Positions 46,801 through 59,452 of a DNA stretch of 64,000 bases are shown in pieces (positions within the stretch are counted from its first letter, which is position 1; every line of letters begins with the position of its first letter). Origin of the DNA: Cyanophora paradoxa CCMP329 (lineage: Eukaryota; Plantae; Glaucophyta); NCBI GenBank assembly GCA_004431415.1, contig QPMI01000221.1, positions 15,546 through 79,545 of the forward strand. The letters are read 5' to 3'. The notes under the pieces are model-generated. The model was given only the letters and a program-made list of their open reading frames with translations. It had not been told where the DNA came from and did no database searches. The position numbers and the translations under genes were made by a program.

Positions 46801-49685
46801 AGCATTTGAGATGTAGACAAAGCATTCCGCACGGTTTACGGATGCGCCGGGCCGCGAGGACCCAGCCGACCCCGAAAATTCGATCCTTCACGGACCTGCA
46901 CGTCTTTCCGCGCGCCCTCGCATCCTCACGCAAGCACATCGCTACTATATTCATTTGGGATTTTATCAAAGCCTTCCACAAGCTTCGAAGACGCGAAAGA
47001 GCACGAGAACCCAGCCGGCGGCAAAAATTCGATCCTGCACGGGCCCGGACATCTTTCCGCGCGCCCACGCCGCGGTGCATGCGCGGAACAATAGCATAAG
47101 CATTTGAGATGTAGAAGAAGCCTTCCGCACGCTTTACGGATGCGCCGGGCCGCGGGGACCCAGCCGACCCCGAAAATTCGATCCTGGACAGACCTGCACA
47201 TCTTTCCGCGCGCCCTCGCATCCTCACGCACGGGCATCGCTACAATATTCATCAGAGATGTTTTAAAAGCCTTTCGCAAGCTCTGCGGACGCAACAGGGC
47301 GCGGCAATCCAGCCGACGCAAAAATTCGATCCTGGCCACGCCTGCACATCTTTCCGCGCGCCCTCGCCTCCGCAGCCCTACACATCGATGCTATATGCAT
47401 TCGAATTCGAGATTCTGTTTAAGCGATTCGCGAGATCTGTGCATGCGCCTGGCCGCGAGAACCTCGCCCCTCCCGGGCCTCCTTCCCAACAATATTATAT
47501 AATTAATCTCCTCTCAATCTGCTCCACCCTTTATTTCCTCAGTACATTAATATTCCTCTAGCCGGCCAGCGCTAGCTGGACTGGCCGTCAGCCAGCCAGC
47601 TTCCAGCCAGAAAGCTGTTCGCGATCGGCCAGGCCGCTGGCCAGCCTGGCAGTCGGTGAATGCCCTGTAGGCCTACTGTGACAGCCGCGAGGGCGTCCGC
47701 GAGGCTTCGCCGTACTTAGTGCTCCGCAGGAGCACGGATCTTGTCTCAAACCCAAAAACCGACGATCTAAATTCCTTTTTTAACCTTTTTTTCCACTCGA
47801 GATCCCCCCTGCTAAATAATTTCCGTGTCGCACTCCCTCGAGGCAGAATTATTAATTTTGCCTCGACACAGACGCGATTGCTGCTAGTCACACAGCCACC
47901 CGAACCCCCACAGACCTCTCTAGAGCCAATTTTAGCGTCCTGGCTCCCCTAAGACGACCGCTCTCCCGTGGGCGTCGCGCGAATATCGAATATTCCTCTG
48001 GATCAATTCCGGTTCTTAACCTCCGACAAATCCAGTCCGAGTCAGAAGGTGGGACCCGGTCCCGCCCGGTCCCGCGACAAAATCGCGCCAGGAACGCCCC
48101 AGAACGATACAGAATGACGCGCGAGGGCGAGCGCATCGCCGCAAACCCGATTTCGCGCGCCGTCGACGCTCCAGTGCGAAGAGTCGGCCGAAAATTTGAT
48201 CCGGCCGGTTCCGGCCGGTCCCGCGACGCGCGCAATCGATGCGTACGGGCGCGCATAGACATAGCAGCGCCTGCGCACCCCCGAAATCCGCTTTTCGGAG
48301 CCGGAAGAGCGCAGGAAGGTACCCGACGGCAAAAATTCGATCCTAGACAGGCCCGGAGATCTTTCCGCGCGCCCGCGCCGCGGCGCATGCGCGGAACGAT
48401 AGCATAAGCATTTGAGATGTAGAAGAAGCCTTCCGCACGGTCTCTAAATGCGCCGGGCCGCGAGGACCCAGCCGACCCCGGAAATTCGATCCTGGACGGA
48501 CCTGCACAACTTTCCGCGCGCCCTCGCATCCTCACGCGAGCGCATCGCTACAATTTTCAGTTGACTCCTTTTTAAAGCTTTTCGCAAGCTCTGCAGGCGC
48601 GACAGGGCACGAGAACCCAGCCGACGCAAAAATTCGATCCTGGACATACCCGACGGCAAGAATTCGATCCTAGACAGGCCCGGAGATCTTTCCGCGCGCC
48701 CACGCCGCGGCGCATGCGCGGAACGATAGCATATGCATTTTAGATGTAGAAGAAGACTTCCGCACGGTCTCTAAATGCACCAGGCCGCGAGGACCCAGCC
48801 GACCCCGAAAATTCGATCCTGTACGGACCTGAACATCTTTCCGCACGCCCTCGCATTCTCGCGCATGCGCATCGCTACAATATTCATTTGAGATTTTATC
48901 AAAGCCTTCCACAAGCTTCGAAGACGCGAAAGAGCACGAGAACCCAGCCGACGGCAAAAATTCGATCCTGCACGGACCCGGACATCTTTCCGCGCGCCCA
49001 CGCCGCGGCGCATGCGCGGAACAATAGCATAAGCATTTGAGATGTAGGCAAAGACTTCCGCACGCTTTGCGTATGCGCCGAGCCGCGAGGACCCAGCCGA
49101 CCCCGAAAATTCGATCCTGTACGTATACGGACCTGCACAGCTTTCCGCGCGCCCTCGCATCCTCGCGCGTGCGCATCGCTACAATAGTAATTTGAGATCT
49201 TTGTTAAGCTTTTCGCGAGCTCCGAGGACGCGACAGGGCGCGAGAATCCAGCCGACCCCGAAAATTCGATCCTGCATGGACCTGCACGTCTTTCCGCGCG
49301 CCCTCGCCTCCGCAGCCCCGCACATCGATGCTATATACATTCGATCGCGAGATTCTGTTTAAGCGATTCGCAAGCTCTGTGCATGCGCCTGGCCGCGAGA
49401 ACCTCGCCCCTCCCGGGCCTCCTTCCCAACAATATTATAATTAATCTCTTCTCAATCTGCTCCACCCTTTAGTTCCTCAGTAAATTAATATTCCTCTAGC
49501 CGGCCAGCGCTAGCTGGACTGGCCGTCAGCCAGCCAGCTTCCAGCCAGCTGCAGAAAGCTGTTCGCGATCGGCCAGGCCGCTGGCCAGTCGCTGAGTGCC
49601 CTATATATATAGGCCTACTGTAACAGCGGCGAGGGCGTCCGCGAGGCTTCGCCGTACTTAGTGCTCCGCAGGAGCACGGATCTTG
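43844..49685 (+). mobile_element. Array of three Helitron/HINE-like units with expanded internal subrepeats
   Basis: Two 16-bp caps at 43844-43875; junctions GGATCTTG|TCTCAAACCC at 45842/45843 and 47743/47744; end GGATCTTG at 49685 before a T. The first unit has internal 308- and 407-bp duplications. Confidence 0.85.
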
Positions 49686-51249
49686 TAAAAACACTAATTT
49701 AATATTACCAATTTAAGCCAATCGTCGATTGAGTCGTATCAATGTAAAACTCGGAAATTACCTTATTATTTTGAGTGATTGATCTGAACCTATTCATGCG
49801 CGCGAATTGTGTTAATTTCTTTTCACACTCGAGACCCCGGCAGCCCGGCCGGGCTCAGGCGCATTCCTGCTATGAGGCTGGAATTGTATTACTTTATTTA
49901 ATATGATAAATATGTATTACTTTTAATTAATTACTTTCATTTCAAGTTTTGCAATTGCATGTGTCCTGGTTTGAGCTGAGGGGGGTAGAGTAATGCAAAC
50001 TTTCAAACAATTCGAAGACTACTAGGCTATATAGCTAGTACTCGACGATATCGATGTACAAAGATATCGATGTTCATGTCACTCTGCGCATGCACGCGTT
50101 CGAGTTCGCGCATGCAGCTGCAGCTGTTAATGTTGAAGCTGCAGCCTGCAGGCTGCAGCTAGCTAGGCTAGCTTTAGCTAGCTGATCATGATCATGAGTC
50201 ATATAAGTTCTGGCTGCGCGCGCAGTCTGCGCGCGCATGCGCAGCGCTAGCGCTGGCGGGCGCCAACTCGGCGATTAACATTAATAATTCTTTCGAATTC
50301 TTTCTTTCGAATTCTTAATAATGTCGCAGGTAGCTACCCGGTGCCGGCGGCCGGCGCCGCGGCGCGCCCGCCGCCCGGGCCGCGGCTCGCCCGCCGCCCG
50401 CGGCCGGCCGGGCCGGCGGCGGCCGGTCATTTCACTTCCGATCGATTTCGAAATTCTAATTCATGATCAGGTCTTCAACTTATCATCGTATACGTACGTA
50501 TCGTGCATGTATCCTGGGGGTACCACGGTACATGCCTGCCAGGCTGTCGACGTCGGGCCGCTACTGTGGCGCTGCATCGTCGAAGCGATCGCGAGATTCG
50601 CGACTCGCGAGACCGCGTCTGAGCAGCAGCAGCTGCAGCCTGCCAGCAGGCCAGCCGCTGAGCAGCAGCGCTCCCTCCGCGCGCGTACGCGCGCTCAGCA
50701 TATCACGCGATCTGTCACAGTGCATCAGCCTGGCAGAAGCAGGAGAGCGCTATTCCGGCCGCTGCAGCTGAGCCGCTGAGCGCTCGCTGCCGCACTGCCT
50801 TCGGCCGACGTTCGATTCGCCTGTGCCGTTCATCGGCTTCATCACGACGAGCGTTCCATATTTGGAACAGCCTGCGGCCGCGGCCACTTGACATCATGGC
50901 GCACGGATGCATGGCGCATCTGCGAAGGGCTAAGCACTTCCGATGAGTGTCGGAATCGGCGTGAGCTCGAGCATTGGATATCGACGACTGCAGCTGAAGC
51001 TGGATCTTGTCGACCTCGGGCCGCAGACCCCATCGTATGTACGTGCGGCGTTCATCGACCTAAATAGCGACAACGTACCTAAATAGTTCATCGCAATCAG
51101 CTCTCATTCCGCACTGCGGCATCTCCAGCTAGCTATATATAGCGCGCCTGCTCATCGCACATGCACATTCGTTCGAATCTGTAGCTGTAGGCGGTCTTAG
51201 GTCTTCGGCTGCAGCTGGTGCACGTGGCGTCCAGTCGCCTGGCCCGCCA

Positions 51250-52470
51250 ATGTCGGATGTTCGCTTCGTGGCAAAGACGGAACGAGCGATTGGCGTGTTG
51301 TCGTCGGCACTCGCGTTCGAAGGCGGCATCGTCGACCCCGCCGACCGAGAGCGAGTCAGCGCATCTGTTCGTGACTGCGCCGCTGCGCGTCGCATCTACG
51401 ACTCTTCGCCCGAAGTGCACGAGTTCTGGGGGTGAGATCGAGCTTCTTTCAGCCTGTGCCGCGCCCTTTACAATTGACCATGCATATGATCGCGCACCGT
51501 GGCACGGCCCGCTGACGTTTTGGCCATGGCCGGTGGCTGTTTGCAGGAGAATACGCGACGTCGATGGCTTCGTGCAAGAGCGCCACCGCCTGGCCATGGC
51601 CGTGGCGCTTGCGTCAACGTCGAGATCCGGCAACCTCTCGTCGACTTCTCCGGCTGCTCCGCAGTTCTTGAGCTCCTTATCCAGCGAGATCCTTAAGGTA
51701 ACCGGCTCCCCATATGCATGACCATCACGATATCCGACTTCATTCGAATTCTCGTCCTGGCCTAATCATGATCATATGCATCGGCATGACCACGCATGTT
51801 TTATTTAATTTGGGGCGCAGAGTTCGTCGACGTCGCCAGCAGTGTTTATCGCGGGTATGGACGTCGACGCGAGGAGCTTAAAATGCGACACGCCAGCGGA
51901 AGCAGTGGCCAAGGTGCAACCGGCGCTTAATTAAATATAACCATAATAAATATATCGATCGCGATTTCGTGATCGCATGCGCAAGCGAGGGACCACGTGC
52001 ACTTGCGGTCCCGGGCCGATACCGGCCGGCAGTCGGCGCTCACTTCCGCTTGGTCTTCTTTCGCAGTTCAACCGCATTGCGCTTCAAGTGGAGGTGATGC
52101 TGGTGGGCGAGGTCAGCGGGCTGCGCCTCCTGCAGCGCGCCCGGATGCTCAGCTGGAACCCCGACGTCGCCTCCTTCTTGAAGTGAGCGCCGTAATTTGG
52201 ACCGAAATCTAGATTTCCGCGGCCGCACTCGCACTTGCATTCGCGCAGCGGGATTTGACATTCGGGCGAGCGCAGGTCGCTGCTTCGGGTGGAAGCGGCC
52301 CTCCTCTTCGTGGCGGCGTCGACGATCTCGGAGCCGCCGGCCGCGGCCGCGCCCACGGCGCCAGCCCCGCCCCGCGACCTCTTCGAGCGATGGAAGGCCG
52401 CGACGGCCCCGCGCCTCCCCAGCCTCCAGCTTCAAGTGCGTGCGCTATATGGCTTTCCCGGCCCTATAGC
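51250..52470 (+). pseudogene. Possible degraded gene fragments
   Basis: Protein-like pieces MSDVRFVAKTERAIGVLSSAL..HRLAMAVALAS..LSSLSSEILK and FNRIALQVEVML..VASFLK|..EAALLFVAAS with an apparent intron. No family recognised. Confidence 0.3.
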
Positions 52471-55400
52471 TAGCCGCGCACTCTCTAGCACCCGGACGTC
52501 TGTCCGACGGTCGGACGCGGCTAATTATATGGCTTACATGCGTGAGCGAGGCCGGCGCGGGCGCGTACGGGGTTTCTGACCTCGAGCTCGCGATCGGTTC
52601 TCTCGACAGGCCGCCTCGGCGCTGATCCTGTCACCCGACTGGTGGGCCTCGGATTCGGACCCCCGCGGCCGGAATGTCCAAGCGCTTCCGGTGAGATGGA
52701 TGGCCGCGAGACGCGCGCGCACCACGCTCGCGCTCCTTCCGAGCTCTTCGATCCGATGATCTAGATCTGCTTACGCGAATTTGCGGTCGGCGCGCAGATG
52801 TTCCCCATGGCCATGCCGCAGCTCTTCCCCTTCCCGCAGCCCGCCCCAGGCCTCGATCCCTCGATCCCAGCACCAGGCGCGGCTGGAACCTTGAGCTCGA
52901 ACTCGAGCGTTCTGCAATGGCCGCCAGCAGCGCGCCCCGCGGCCGAGACTTCGGCGCACGCGCCGGCGCCCTCGGTCTCCCAAGCCGCGGATCCGGCCTC
53001 GAATCCCGAGGGGGTGGCGTCGACGTCGAGCGCGTACGCGTCCGCGCCCGTCGCGGGCGCGTCGAGCTCGCGGTCGTGGTCGGCGTCGGCGTCGGAGGCG
53101 GACGGGACGTCGACCCGTTTCGCGCCGCACCCGCTGTCGACGCCGGCGTCGCGATCGTCCAGCGGCGGCATCGCGCCTGCGCACGCGTTCGCAGCTGCAG
53201 GCGGGTTCGTGCCCGACGGCCACGACCGCGGACCCGATCGCCAGCCGCGAGACGTAGAGGCTTCAGCGTCGGCTGCGGATTCGAGTTCGGACGGATTTCC
53301 CGGGCGTGCCCCAAGCTCGAGCCCTGCTGCAACCACGGGTTCCAGTGATCACGACATCGAGCATGATCATGTAGGTGAGGACGGAACGCGCTACATATGA
53401 GCATGGATGCGCTATAGATAAATATCGAGCCTAGCTATAGCTATAGCTATAGTAGACCCGGCTTCCACCCCCGGCGCGGCCGGATCCGGATCCGGATCCG
53501 ATCCGAAATTAAACCACATCCGGTTGACCGGAACCGCAACCGTTGCGCAGTGCTAGCGGTGGCGAGCTGCAGCGCGCCGTTGGCGGGGCCTCCGTGCTCG
53601 AGGACCGAGTACCGGTCGGGGCCGGAGTCGGCCTCGACCTCGCCCGACCAAGAGCCCGCGCTCCCCCTGGATCCCGACGCCGCGCCCGACGTCGATGCCT
53701 CCGCGCCTCGCTCCCGTTCGCGCTTTCCTTTTCTTTCGTTCCTGGGTTCCTTTTGCGGGCCCTCACGCCCCGTATCCAGGCCGGCCCTCGGACCTGCAGC
53801 TGCATATGGCCGTGGACGGCAATCATGATCACGATCGGGCCGTGCACGCCTTCGCGAGCGTGGAGCGCCGAGCGCCGGCGTCGACTTCGGATCCGGATCC
53901 GGAGCGGCACGGGACGGGTCCGGACCCGACGGCGCCGGCGCCGGTGCTGCTCGCCACCAGCGCTGTCGCGATCGAGGCTGCCATCGCGGGCACCAGCGGT
54001 GTGGGCGCCGACAACGACGCGGAACCAGAGCTCGACAGCCCGTCCAAGGTGCCCACGTGCACGGGGCCATCGCATTTCTCCCCGGCCCCTAGGCCTGCTC
54101 TGGTCGAACGTTATATATAATGATTAACCGGTACCCTTCCTTCATTTCCCGCAGCCTCCGGAGAAGAAGCCGAGAATCGTGTACGCCACCGACGGAGGAG
54201 ACGAGCGCGAGGTCTTCTACGTCTTTTCGTGACGCACCCCCATGAACGACGAAGGGGTTACGCAAACAAGTCCGTTTCAAAGTTCCGATTTTCGTATATA
54301 TGATCATGAAGTTTTGAAATCGGCGCTTATTTCGAATTGCGCGTGCAATTCACTCGGCAGATCTAGACCCCGTTTGAGTTCGGATCTGCACCAAGACTTT
54401 TTCATCCCGCCGGACCTCGAGCTCTGCATCTAGCCGGGCGCCCGGCCCTGGACGTCGACTTGGATCAGAGCGGTATCTGATTCATATGGCCACGGGGCGA
54501 TATCGCTTGCACAGTCCATCTGCAGGAGCCCGATCGCGGGCCGCCGGGCTCGTCATGGTCAGCGTGATCAGCGAGGGCCACTAGTACTAGTACTGAGCTT
54601 CTTTCAAAAGTTCCAAGCGGCTTCAGCGGCATGTCAATGCGCAATTTGCTTTAAGCAGCCATGCCGGCCGTTCCGTCCGTTTCCCACTTCAATTTTTTTC
54701 CACGTTTGCCCGTGCCGCCGCGCCGGCCGCGGGTCCTCCACGTTTTCTCACAGCTAGCAGCTAAGGTCCTCGCCCAGTCCATCCCAGTCGTCTTTTTCCT
54801 TCCAGGATCCACAGAATTTTCAAGTTGTCGAATTCGAACTTCAAATTCGAAACGTCCGGATCCGGATCCGCTACATGTACCTGCATATATATGTATGTGA
54901 GCTTCGAGCTCAGATCCGGAGAGGCGCTTTCGATTCGCACGCGTACGTGTGCCGCGCGCAGTGCGGCGCCTGGCACTGCGCATGCGCATGCATATGCGCG
55001 CATGATTTACATTTCGATTTCCGCTTTCAAGTTATCCCGTGATCGTTACTCAGTGACTGTTCGTTAGCTTAAGGTCCTTCCGGTCCGAGGCTTCCTTATT
55101 TATTATATATATACCGGTACCTTACAACTAGCTATAGGAACAGAATGCTTACTAGGTCTTCCGAGTTCGAATTCGACTCGCGCGCGCCTCCGTCCCTGCT
55201 CGTCTCAGGATGCCATGATGTGCAATTGCAAGGTGCACGTGGGGTCTAAATTTTAAATTAAATTAACAAACTTGAAAGGCCGCATCTGCAGGCTGCAGCT
55301 AACGCTCACTAGAGCTATAGCTAGGCGTAGGCCTGGCCATTGGCCGGCGGGGCAGATTTCATGATCAACTGCAATACATATATAGCCTAGTAGTAGCTCG

Positions 55401-55489
55401 CAGCGGCAAAAGCGAATTAATATTCGACCTTTAACGCTATATATGATATATCGATCATGATACAATGAAACAAAACTTGAAACTTAAGC

Positions 55490-56950
55490 CCTGCGCACCG
55501 CCCCCCGCCCGCTGTGCCTCCGCCCCGCCGGGCGCGGCGCCCCGTGATCATGAGCCGCTGAGCCGCACCGCCGCCCCCCGCGCCTCCGCCCCGCGCGCCC
55601 GGCGAGCCGCGCCATGCATATATATGCATATGGCCACCGCGAGCCGGCGAGCCGCACCGCCCCGCCCCCCGCGCCTCCGAGCCTCCGCCCCGCCCGGCGA
55701 GCCGCGCCGGGCCACCGCCTGCAGCGCCTCCGCCCCAGCCGGCAAGCCGCACCGCCGCGCCCGCGGCCGGGCCACCGCCCCGCGCGCCCGGCGAGCCGCG
55801 CCATGGCCACCGCGCACCCGCCACGCCTCCGGATCCGCTCCACCCGGCGAGCCGCACCGCCGCCCCCCGCGCCTCCGCGCGCCCCGCCCGGCGAGCCGCG
55901 CCGCGCCACCGCCCGCAGCGCCTCCGCCCCAGCCGGCAAGCCGCACCGCCGCGCCCGCGGACGGGCCACCGCCCCGCGCGCCCGCCAAGCCTCCGGATCC
56001 GCTCCACCCGGCGAGCCGCACCGCCGCCACCCGCGCCTCCGCGCGGCGCCGGGCTGCCGCCCGCATGCGCGGCGCCTCCGCGCGCCCTATAGCTACCCGC
56101 GGCCGGCGAGCCGCGCCGGGCTAGCGCTGCCGCCCGCAGCGCCTCGAGCTCCGCCGAGCGGATCCGGAGGCTCCGCCGCACGCCGCACGCCGCCCGCCGC
56201 GCCGGGCGCCTCGCGATCGGCCGGCGCCGGCCCCGCCCGGCGAGCCGCACCGCCGCTTGCAATCGCCGCGCCTCGCCCGGCGAGCCGTGCCGCTGCGCAT
56301 CCGCCCCATCCGCGGGCCGGCGAGCTGGCGCCGCGCGCGCCTCGAGCTCCGGCCCGCGGCCGCGCGGTCGCGCCGGCGCCGCTCCGCGGCCGTCGCATGC
56401 TAGCGCTGCAGCTGGCCACCGTGCGTGCCTCGGCCGGCCTCGCTGCCGGTCTCGCGCCCAGCGCTAGCTCAGCTGCAGCGTCTGCCGTCTGGCGCCGGCG
56501 CCGGATCCCGGAGCGGCAGCGGCGCGGCCGCGGCGCCGGCTGAATCCTCGGTTCAACTTACCCGGCCCGGCGGCGAGCCGCACCGGCCCGGCGCGCGGCG
56601 AGCCGCACCGCCGCTCGAGCTCCCCGCGCCTCAGCTTCGCCCGGCGAGCCGCGCCTCCGCCCCACCCGCGGCCGGCAAGCCGCGCCAGCGCCCGCAGCGC
56701 TGCCGTGCTGCCGCGCATCCGCCCCACCCGGCGAGCCGCGCGCGCCGGCGCCCGCAGCGCCCCATATGCATGGCAACCACCCGCCGGCGCCGGCCGCCGC
56801 GCACGCCTCCGGCCCGTGCGGACGCGCCGCTCCGTCGCATGCTGCAGCCGGCCATGCGTGCCTCGGGCCTCGCTGCCGGTCTGGCGCTCGGCTCAGCGCG
56901 CGGATGCAGCCGCTCGGCAGCGGCTGCATCCTCGGTGCTGGAAGCCGCCC
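55490..56950. repeat. GC-rich degenerate minisatellite built on ccggcgagccgc(a/g)cc
   Basis: The motif recurs more than 15 times, with larger diverged duplications such as 56270-56490 vs 56660-56930. Confidence 0.75.
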
Positions 56951-57188
56951 AGCGATAGCAAGCTCGTATATATCGCGCGCGGACTCCGGGAGCTCGCGAT
57001 AGATCTAGAGGCCCATGGCCAGGCGGACAGTGCTAGCGTGCGGGTTCGACTCCGGGCCAGGGTTGGTTTGCGATCGGCTATTGGAAGAGCCCCAGATCCT
57101 GGGCGCTAGAAGAGCTCCTGAGAAGCTCGCCTTTCCATCAGACGCCAGTGCAGCCGGCCCAGCGGTTCGGCCGCCGGGCCGCTTTACA

Positions 57189-58685
57189 ATGTCGGCGAAC
57201 GCGAGCTTGACATACATCAGCGCCGACGGGACGATCGTGCGAGGCGAACAAGCGCAACAACTCGCTCGGGCGCGCTCACAGGGAGCCTCGCTCGTCAGGA
57301 CTGCTTCGGCTCGAGAGGTACGCTCGAATATCAATGAGGAGATCCGGTGCGGAGGTCTCGGCCTTCCCGCGCAATCCGATAGACCGATGATAACTCTGAC
57401 TCGTTTACAGGGGCATGCTGGAGCCCCTGCTCGTCTGGTTAGCCGCTCCCGTCCCCTCGAGCTCGCGCGCTGGTCACCTGACAGCGCGAACGCACAACAG
57501 GGTCTTCATTCTGTTCCAGCTTGCTGAAATTATCGTCTCGATTGTGATTCTCAAGTTGAGCTGGGACGTGGAAACGAGCCAGCCCTTGAAAACTTGGCTG
57601 ATCGTATGGGTGCATCGTCCCGGCCGCGGATCCGACGGCGCCCCGCTGCGCCGACCGCCAGCCGACTGACCGCGCGTCGCAGATCTGCGTACGAGGCTTT
57701 CCTTTGCTATTCTCAGTCCTCGGAAAGGCGTTCCCCTCGACGCAGCCGCCTGCAAGCGCGAGCTCGAGCTCGACCCCTGCAGGCGCCAGCGCGCCTGCAG
57801 CAGCGGCCCCTGCTTCGGGGGCGAGCGATCAGCAGCAGGATTCAACGGCGGGCGGGCCCTCAGAATCGCAGGGCTGCTCCTGCAAGAAAGCGTTCGAGAA
57901 CCTTGCTGGTCTTTTCGCCCTCGCATGGTGCCTATCTTTCTGTCATCATTAGCATCATCAGCCTCAACCTCCTGACCCTCGGCCTCCTGACCGCCTCAGG
58001 TGGATCTACGGCATTGTCCTCGTCAGTCGATGCGAGGGCTGCAAGGAGAGCGCTTACATGCTCTGGACCCTATGCGTCGTCTTGATTTCCCTGGTCCGCC
58101 TCCCCCCCCCCGCGCCCCCCTCCCCCCCCCCCGCGCCCCCTCCCCCCCCCCCCGCCCTCTCAGAGTCTCGCCAACCCCTCCTCCCCCCTCCCCCCCCCCC
58201 CCCGCCATCTCCCCCCCCGCCACCCCGCCACCCCCCCCCCCCCCTTTCTCTCCTGACGTTCGTTGCAGACCGGTGCTCTGGTGGGCCTGCTGCTGGCAAT
58301 CCCTGTGCCATGTGCCTCTGCCTTCCTTGCTTGCTGCCGATACTGCTTCTCGCTGCCCGCGTCGCCCTCGTACCCCGAGCGCCAGCCGGCTACCCGGTGC
58401 CTGTCCCTCCTGCATCCTCCGCCGGCCCCTCTGACACGCCTCGCGCGCAGGCCCCAGCTCGACTCCCTCCCCAAGATGCCCTTCACGCCGGACCTCGTCT
58501 CCGAAGAGGACGCCAGCTGCGTCATGTGCCTGGAGGCCTACGAGCCGGGGGTCGAGCTGCGGCAGCTCCCCTGCCGCCACTACTTCCACCGCAAGTGCAT
58601 CGACAACTGGCTCACGATCAAGTGCACGTGCCCGCTGTGCCGCCAAGACATATCCCTCCAGCCCTCCGCCTCCTTAGCCGTATAG
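57189..58685 (+). CDS. Multi-TM RING-H2 E3 ubiquitin ligase
   Basis: Hydrophobic helices ([38 protein letters not shown]) and C-terminal [24 protein letters not shown]. Confidence 0.92.
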
Positions 58686-59452
58686 CCATGCCGTAAACTT
58701 GCCTTTTTCTTTCAAACCCGGCCCGAATGTTGATTATAATTACCCGCTCTTTTTGACTCGGTGAAGATTCCCCAATGTTGGATATTGATCATGATCAGGA
58801 TGGATCGAGGGGTCGGGGCAGCTGCAGAAAGCCCTGAGGCATGATCGCCCGGCGGCCGGGCCGCGCGAGTCGAATTCGAAGGCCGGCGCCACGTGTACGC
58901 ATGCATGCGCACGTGCACGTGCGTCGACATCGATATCGATATCCACGCGCGGCGCACGGCCGGCCGCGGGATATCCACGCGCGGCCGCGGATGTCTAGAT
59001 CTCGCTCGATCGCGATGCGCATGCGCGACTCGGCGACGTCGATGTCGACGCCGACCGTCGGACATCACGGATCGACTTCTCGCATCTACCCTGAGATAGA
59101 GCTGCGCCTGTTTAGTTTTACGACGACGCCGACTGACGCCGCCGCGGCCGGTCCTGATCATGAATTCGAACGTGAAGTGGAGCTCGAGAGCCGATCAAAT
59201 TCTCGAGCGGGGTACGGGGTACAGTTTTATCGTTTGCCCATCAGCGGGCGCCTTCGACCGGTGTTCTCGCGGCGTTGCGGGTGTTTCAGGTCCTACCGCA
59301 TCAGCGGAACCGGTTACTGCTCGCCAGCTACGCAGCCGCCCGTTATTTGGTGACAGCGGTCCGTGTCGCCCGGAGAACGCCGAACGGCGGCTCAGTTCGA
59401 CCGAGGATCGCGGTTTAACTTCGGCTGCGAGTGGCAGCCGCCAGCCGCAGCG

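Noticed and set aside
43844-49685. CRISPR-like array (recurring aaaattcgatcc / catctttccgcgcgccc)
   Set aside because: The intervening sequences are themselves homologous subrepeats, not unique spacers. There are no cas genes and the context is eukaryotic.
52798-54240. Ser/Ala/Pro-rich ORFs as a gene
   Set aside because: Low complexity, no recognisable domain, and heavily overprinted by palindromic insertions, so it cannot be supported without transcripts.
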